DNA of 64,000 nucleotides, taken from assembly GCF_009914755.1 (NCBI RefSeq), contig NC_060934.1; one strand, written 5' to 3'. The position numbers and the translations under genes were made by a program. Source of the stretch: the human T2T-CHM13v2.0 reference genome, Homo sapiens. Positions 61,520 through 64,000 of the stretch are shown in pieces (within the stretch, counting starts at the first letter, position 1; the number at the start of each line of letters is the position of its first letter). Below the pieces are notes generated by a model. That model was not told where the DNA came from and made no database searches. It worked only from the letters and a program-made list of their open reading frames with translations.

Positions 61520-62745
61520 CTAATTCTCCGCGGGCTTGAACCCTTTCCATCTTTCATCTGTTTACACACAGCCCCAATACCTTTTCTCTAATTGCTCTCC
61601 CTTTTTAATTTAGTTTTATTTTTAAACAGACCATTAGACCATGGCTTGTTTCTGGGCTGAGCCTCCCGCTGGTGCAGCCCTGCAGATGGTCCGCTTCAGC
61701 TACTCCGTTAGGAGGCGGGCAGTTTTGTCTGTGTCTTACTCCTTCCGTCCAGGGCATTCCGCAGACTCCTGCTCCCTTCTTCCTCTCCACTTGCTCTCAA
61801 TAGAGGGCGCGCTGGGCGAAGTAGGGGCGTGGCAGGAGCCCCGCTCCGCGGATCCAGGTTGAAATTCCTCCCTCCTGGAATCCGACCGTGAGCATTTCTG
61901 AGCGGTGGTGAGGAGGAGGCCACCAAGACACCTCCCTCCCGCTGTGCAAAGGAACGCAGGAGCCCGGCGCAGGTGGTGGGCTTACCGCGCGCACGCCTGG
62001 CTGGAGAGGTGACGCCGCTGTCTGCCAACCTTTCCCAGCTTTTCCCACGATTGGAGCCAAGAGAGGTCCCCGGGGATCTCAGTTGGGCAATTGTAAGGGA
62101 AGGAGCTCAGGACACTGACTTCAAGATGAAGGGGGAGGTCAGCGAAGACAGTTCTAGGGTGGGCGGCGGCCGCTGACAGAGCAGGAGCCACAGCCACCGG
62201 GGCTTGGAGATAGGAGCAAGTCGCAGGCGGAGGGGGCTGCGGGCTGGCTGCCTGGGCAGCACAGGACTTGAGGGAGCTGCGGGGACTCCTGGAGTCTCAT
62301 CAGGCCTTCCAGTCGCTGTGGGGACCCCGGCTGCGCGCGGATCGCCTGCGCCACTGTCCCCACTGACCCGCCCGCCGGGTTTGCCAATTACCAGCGCCAC
62401 CTGGTCCCGCACCCAACCCCACATTTTCTCTGTCAAGGGCTTGTTTCCAGGGCTCCAGGAACTTTCAAAATGTTATTGGTGTGTGTCGGGGGGGTGGGGG
62501 GCGGGGGGGTTGTGTGGGGGCGGGAGTGTAAAGGAGGAGGGAACTCTTCTTTTCTCTTTGTCTTTGTAAATGGACACCTCGATCTGATCTAGGGCATGGT
62601 CTGAGTGTCCTATCTGGAGCATCCTAACCGAAGAACACTCCAGAGATGCAAGCCAGGTTTTCTACCTATGTGGGGGGTGGGGGTGCCTCTATGTGTCGGG
62701 GGCGGGTTGGGGGGCAGGGTGTGGGGGGAGTGCTGGGCGCGCGCT
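61520..62745. promoter_or_regulatory. CpG island promoter
   Basis: Abrupt switch to GC-rich, CpG-dense, repeat-free sequence; GGGCGG boxes, CCAAT at ~62384, G-tracts upstream. Confidence 0.9.
61986..62300 (-). other. Putative non-coding first exon of a minus-strand gene (TSS position uncertain)
   Basis: Strong donor GCG|GTAAGC (reverse of gcttac/cgc at 61980-61988) inside the CpG island; no minus-strand ATG from 62297 to the donor; GC boxes lie upstream on the minus strand. Confidence 0.65.
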
Positions 62746-63018
62746 TCTGTGGCAAACTTCTAATTCCTTTTCAGTTCTCAGAATCATAATATATCTCCAT
62801 TTAATCAATGAAAGAATCATGCCAAAAATACAAATAACAATTACAATAAAATAACACTTCCAATTTCTAATATTCCGTAACTTTGTCTTTTCTTAGTACT
62901 TACACGGTAACCTCACTGAAAATTTAATCCCTGTTTCTTTAACGGTGACACCGTGAAGATCAAGTAATTGCTTCTTATTGAAAATGACAAATTTCAGGTG
63001 GTATCTAAAAAAATTAGT

Positions 63019-63537
63019 TATGACAGATTGTATTTTTTGAAAATGGCTGCAACAATTTTATTCATTCTAAGTGCTGTACCTATCGCATGACTTTGATACT
63101 TTCCATAGACAGGCTGGGTCTATGTTCCTTTTTGTTGTTGTTGTTCTGGGAAGGCTGAGGCTATGATAGAAGTGACATTATGCAACTCCCGAGGTTAGCT
63201 GACCTAAGACAATACAAGTTCTGCCTGATTTTCTTTGAACACTTACTTTGGAATTCAGCCACCTTGTCACAAGGAAGAGGAACTGAAGCCCACACAACCT
63301 AGGCCCTGGCTGAGCTCCCAGCTGACAGCCAGTGTCAACTAGCCAGTCATGTGACTCAGCCATCCCAAATGCGTATTCTCAGTCCCCAGAAAAGCTGCCC
63401 CAATTGTTGCCATGTGAAACAGAGCAGAGCTGTTGCTGTCAGGTTCCGCCAAAATTGCAAATTCCTGAGCAAAATTAATTATTGTTCTAAATCATTAAAT
63501 TTGGAGCTGAAGTGTAACACTAATAAAAAACTGATAT
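63019..63537 (+). mobile_element. MLT1H-like LTR
   Basis: 'cagattgtatttt..gaaaatggctgcaacaat...gagctcccagctgacagccag...aaattgcaaattcctgagcaaaat'. Confidence 0.75.
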
Positions 63538-64000
63538 GCTTTATGTTACGCCCAGCTTCACAAAGTAGTGTTTTTCAACAATTCTCTTACCCAAAACTAA
63601 TGTGAATGGAAGAAGAGGAGGCTTCTCAGCTTTTGATATTGGGTGAAAGGAAGGATGAGAAAGTGTTACGTCTGTCATCAGAGGAGCCTGGGATGCGTGT
63701 GAGCTTCTTTGTTACCCTTGTCTAATGGCTTATTCTTGGAACCCAGGCCTGTACACTAGTATAAAACTGTTACCACCTGACTAGCTGTGGTCTCTAAATA
63801 AGAAAGTGGAACCAGAAAATCTTTCCCCATCCCTCTATCACAATTAATGACAGTTCTTTGTGGAAGCCCAGGACTGCCATTCCCCTTTCCTCTTTGAATG
63901 GGTATCAGAGATTTGCAGCACTATTTGCTTAAGGTTTTTTCTTCATGTTCTGCTAACCTCCTTTCACGGTCTGAATAAGTGAGTGGGAATTCCTCTAGGA

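Noticed and set aside
61986-62300. Naming the host gene (vague recollection of JAKMIP2)
   Set aside because: No coding sequence in the window to support any name; needs a genome search
61605-62569. Overlapping ORFs in the CpG island as coding exons
   Set aside because: Stop-poor GC-rich sequence with mostly non-ATG starts and low-complexity translations with no recognisable domain

Overview
Primate (very probably human) AT-rich genomic DNA: Alu, L1PA, THE1D, MSTA and MLT2B/HERV-L repeats are all present. I see no intact protein-coding exon. About 62 kb is best read as the start of a very large first intron of a minus-strand gene. Its CpG-island promoter and non-coding first exon lie at about 61.5-62.75 kb, with a GCG|GTAAGC donor at 61986/61985. 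The rest is transposon fossils: at least 9 Alus, L1 pieces, a 5'-truncated HERV-L with gag-pro-pol-dUTPase remnants, a two-LTR MLT1 MaLR, solo LTRs, MER2/MER5A/MER58 DNA transposons, MIR and L2. All longer ORFs in the track are decayed retroelement sequence or noise. I found no new multi-gene system. The most unusual structure is a head-to-head L1PA insertion (7.25-9.29 kb) with two poly(A) ends whose arms share private variants. Next is an exact 24-bp snippet apparently copied from 1.7 kb away into a TA-repeat. Repeat family names and boundaries are assigned by eye from remembered consensus sequences and are approximate.
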